Shown here: piece by piece, positions 61,174-64,000 of the stretch
Numbering within the stretch: the stretch's first letter is position 1
Layout: every line of letters begins with the position of its first letter
Source: Candidatus Enterousia sp.
GTDB taxonomy: Bacteria > Pseudomonadota > Alphaproteobacteria > Rs-D84
Direction: 5' to 3'
DNA length: 64,000 nucleotides
NCBI GenBank assembly: GCA_045645645.1
Contig: JAZRJE010000020.1
Span: 69,132 to 133,131, forward strand
Notes under the pieces: model-generated
What the model was told of the DNA's origin: nothing
The model's database searches: none
The model's input: only the letters and a program-made list of their open reading frames with translations
Program-made: the position numbers and the translations under genes

Positions 61174-61690
61174 ATTTCGTTTTTTGTTGTTTGTATATTG
61201 ACAGAAATTGATTGTTTGCATCTGTGTATTCTGATGTGCCTGCCAAGTATAATGATGTTTTTATTAAATCGTGACGATTAAGTACATCGCGGGCATATGA
61301 AGCGGATACACGTTGGGTGCGTTCGCTTAAATGTTGGCGCATTTCACTGAATGCTTGGTTGGGTGAAAAGTAGTTTAACATTGGTTGCATTTTAAATACA
61401 CCAGTTTTTGTGTTGCCCAGCCAATACATTGGCACACCAACAGGTTCACTTTTGCCATTAGTAATTAAGTTAGCATAATTGTTAATACGTATTATTTCAT
61501 AAAAACGTAAATCAGAACCATATGGCGCAGAAATTTCTGCTAAATCTTTTCTTACTAGACAGGGTTGGCCCATTGTTTTTACGATAGTAATCGGTTGATT
61601 GTTATCAGTGATTGCCTTGTCGATGCGACTGATGTTCAATTCAATACCAATTTTGTGTGCCATTTCAATACGTTCTATAAATTTTGCCAT
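61172..61690 (-). CDS. hypothetical protein
   Basis: ORF with SD AAGGA before ATG 61690; no family recognised. Confidence 0.65.
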   Translation of the reverse strand: MAKFIERIEMAHKIGIELNISRIDKAITDNNQPITIVKTMGQPCLVRKDLAEISAPYGSDLRFYEIIRINNYANLITNGKSEPVGVPMYWLGNTKTGVFKMQPMLNYFSPNQAFSEMRQHLSERTQRVSASYARDVLNRHDLIKTSLYLAGTSEYTDANNQFLSIYKQQKTK

Positions 61691-61808
61691 TATAAAATTC
61701 CTTAGGTTTATGTTAGGACTGTTGACTGTATTGTGAAATAGTGTGCTTGTCAATCTGATAATGTTTTTTTATTGCGTTTATAGAATGATTTGTTGTAAAT
61801 TGTAGACT

Positions 61809-62237
61809 ATGAAAAAGTTGATTTTATTTTTTATGTTGTTGTTAGGTGCATGTACGTTCCAGACCAAGCATCGGGGTTATGTTTTTCCATCTGATTTGGA
61901 AACCGTTATTGCAGATATAAAGACGACAGATAGGTTGATAGATGAAATCGGGGCACCGCAGGTGAAAACAATCTATGGTGATACTGTTTGGATTTATTTT
62001 GGCGCAGATGAAAATTATCGCGGGCCATTGGCGCCGACGTATACTGATGAAACCGTATTGTTGGTTTGGGTAAAAGGTAAACGGATTGTTAAAACAGTCA
62101 TTTTGCATGATGAAGATTTGCCTGATGTTGTTGTTGCAGAAGGTGAAACAAAGATGCCTGCCGCAATCGAACTAAATGCGATTGAAGAATTGTTTAATAA
62201 TATTGGTCGTTTTAGTCCAGCAGGATTGGGACAGTAA
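61809..62237 (+). CDS. bamE: outer-membrane assembly lipoprotein BamE-like
   Basis: Lipobox LGAC, HRGYV, IGAP, WIY, C-terminal ELFNNIGRF typical of alphaproteobacterial BamE. Confidence 0.75.
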   Translation: MKKLILFFMLLLGACTFQTKHRGYVFPSDLETVIADIKTTDRLIDEIGAPQVKTIYGDTVWIYFGADENYRGPLAPTYTDETVLLVWVKGKRIVKTVILHDEDLPDVVVAEGETKMPAAIELNAIEELFNNIGRFSPAGLGQ

Positions 62238-62282
62238 ATTATATATTTGTAAAATATGATAAAAAAGTGTAATATAAGGCAT

Positions 62283-62810
62283 ATGAGATATTTTTTATTT
62301 GCTTTTTTTGTTTGCTTTGTTGGTGTTGCACGGGCGGAGTTTACGTGTGGCCCAGGATATGTACTGGTCAGTCATGCAAAAATAGATGGTGTAAGCGCGG
62401 CAGAATGTCAGAAGTTATGGTGTATGGATTTAGAAACTGGTAAAATGATGGGGCGCGCAGGTTCAGCTTATAGTGGGTATAAGGATACAAATGCAGCTTG
62501 GACATTGGAAGTGCCTGGAGAAAAATCAGTTTTATGTTGGGGGGAACGCAAATGGTGTACAGGGCAACCTGCGGGCAGATGGGATGGCGTTGTGGGACGT
62601 TATGTTCGTGGTGGTTCTGAGGATGCCTATGAATCATATCAGAATGGATCTTGTTTTTCTTGGCGCCTGAAAGAGAATCCGTGTAAGGCTGGTCAAGATG
62701 CGAAATTGGTAGATGGTACCTGGAAGTGCATGGAAAAAGAAAATTCCGAAGCGCAGGTTCGTGGGTCTGTAATACGTAGAACCAGTGTGCCACGTCGAAT
62801 TTTGCGTTAA
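62283..62810 (+). CDS. secreted Cys/Trp/Gly-rich hypothetical protein
   Basis: Signal ARA, CGPGY, multiple Cys. Confidence 0.7.
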   Translation: MRYFLFAFFVCFVGVARAEFTCGPGYVLVSHAKIDGVSAAECQKLWCMDLETGKMMGRAGSAYSGYKDTNAAWTLEVPGEKSVLCWGERKWCTGQPAGRWDGVVGRYVRGGSEDAYESYQNGSCFSWRLKENPCKAGQDAKLVDGTWKCMEKENSEAQVRGSVIRRTSVPRRILR

Positions 62811-62927
62811 GAAAAAGCTGATTTGTGTGGCTGCTTTAATTTTTTTGGTTGATTTGTTTGTTTTTTAGCTTTTTTATGCTATAATACATCGGTAAGAGAG
62901 AATGGCAACGCGAAAGAGTGTGATATA

Positions 62928-63485
62928 ATGCCAAGTAAAAAATTAGATTTCAAAACTGGACAGTATGTTGTTTATCCTACCCAGGGGGTTGGTAAGTTGT
63001 TGCGTATAGAAGAGCAAACAGTCGCTGGACAGAAAATAAAAATGATGGTTATTGATTTTGAACGTAATCATATGACATTGCGCGTTCCATTGGAACGAGC
63101 AGAGATTTCTGGTTTGCGTCCATTGTCGACAGCTAAGAAGATGGATGAAGCGATCGCATCAGCAAAAGGTAAGGCTGGTGCAAAGCGTATGATTTGGGCA
63201 CGTCGTGCTGCACAATATGAAGAAAATATTAATTCAGGCGATCCGATGAAGTTGGCAGAAGTGGTTCGTGATCTGCAACGCCGTAGTGCGTCTGATACCA
63301 TGACTTTTTCTGCACGTCAGTTGTATTTGCGTGCTTTAGAGCGTATGGCTCAGGAATTTGCAGTGCTGCATAAAATGGATTTGGATTCAGCGTCTGATAA
63401 AATCGAAGATATTTTGGGCGTTCCGAAAGAAATAGATTTGAATGCGGTTGAGGTAGATGAAGACGATGTAGAAGAAGATAGTTAA
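62928..63485 (+). CDS. carD: CarD/CdnL transcription factor
   Basis: VVYPTQGVG, W.RRAAQYE, AEVVRDL. Confidence 0.9.
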   Translation: MPSKKLDFKTGQYVVYPTQGVGKLLRIEEQTVAGQKIKMMVIDFERNHMTLRVPLERAEISGLRPLSTAKKMDEAIASAKGKAGAKRMIWARRAAQYEENINSGDPMKLAEVVRDLQRRSASDTMTFSARQLYLRALERMAQEFAVLHKMDLDSASDKIEDILGVPKEIDLNAVEVDEDDVEEDS

Positions 63486-63486
63486 G

Positions 63487-63511
63487 AAATCCCCCTGTGT
63501 GGGGGATTTTT
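63487..63511 (+). terminator. terminator after carD
   Basis: AAATCCCCC-TGTGT-GGGGGATTTTT. Confidence 0.8.
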
Positions 63512-63613
63512 GATGTCAAGATTGCTTTTCGTGTTCTTGTATTGGGTATGCTGTGTTAAAAATATTGGTTAAACTAATATCTTGTAGTAAAAAAATACCG
63601 CCTGTGGCGGTTT

Positions 63614-64000
63614 TTACATTGTGAAATCTTCACCAAGATATACTTTTTTTACCATTTCGTCTTGGACAATTTCCTCGGTTGTGCCATGTTTTAAAATTTT
63701 TCCGTCGTGCAAAACATAACTGCGATCTGTAATTCCAAGGGTTTCACGTACGTTGTGGTCAGTAATTATTACGCCTAAACCTCGATTTTTTAATTGCGAT
63801 ACCAGACCACGAATATCGTTTACCGCAATTGGGTCGATTCCAGCAAAAGGTTCGTCCAGTAAGATAAATTTTGGATCGTTGGCTAATGCGCGTGCAATTT
63901 CAACACGACGACGTTCGCCGCCAGACAGAGCTGTAGCAGGACTGCGGCGCAGAGATGTAATAGAAAATTCATCCAGTAGAGAATCTAGTTTTTTTTGCCG
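63614..64000 (-). CDS. lptB: LPS export ABC ATPase; 5' part outside the window
   Basis: Manual translation: LSGGERRRVEIARAL, LLDEPFAGIDP, ITDHNVRETL, YLGEDFTM*. Confidence 0.93.
   Translation of the reverse strand, partial: RQKKLDSLLDEFSITSLRRSPATALSGGERRRVEIARALANDPKFILLDEPFAGIDPIAVNDIRGLVSQLKNRGLGVIITDHNVRETLGITDRSYVLHDGKILKHGTTEEIVQDEMVKKVYLGEDFTM

Overview
AT-rich bacterial chromosome segment with a G/T-rich + strand. It is very probably from a genome-reduced, anaerobic, Gram-negative Alphaproteobacterium: it has a permuted two-piece alpha-type tmRNA, MsbA/LptB/BamE, PFOR and rubrerythrin. A host- or gut-associated lineage is an inference. The window holds housekeeping genes mostly detached from their usual operons (msbA, rpsU, rpmB, clpB, polA, pth, prmC, gap, miaA, rnj, obgE, rpsB-tsf, eno, ctpA, PFOR, carD, lptB), three tRNAs and ssrA. 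It also holds many envelope genes (beta-barrel OMPs, an autotransporter, an S8 protease, PBP1A, pbpC with alpha-2-macroglobulin, M23), several Cys-rich secreted proteins and orphans. I saw no CRISPR array, integrase, transposase or prophage. Most notable: a tRNA-Leu with an AAG anticodon; a bidirectional ATTATAAT promoter apparently driving two leaderless mRNAs; a Cys-rich surface gene that looks mosaic; a metallothionein-like/TM/EF-hand protein; a structured rnj leader; a non-canonical Fic/Doc protein; and a ClpB lacking its N-domain. All calls come from reading motifs by eye; no database search was run.
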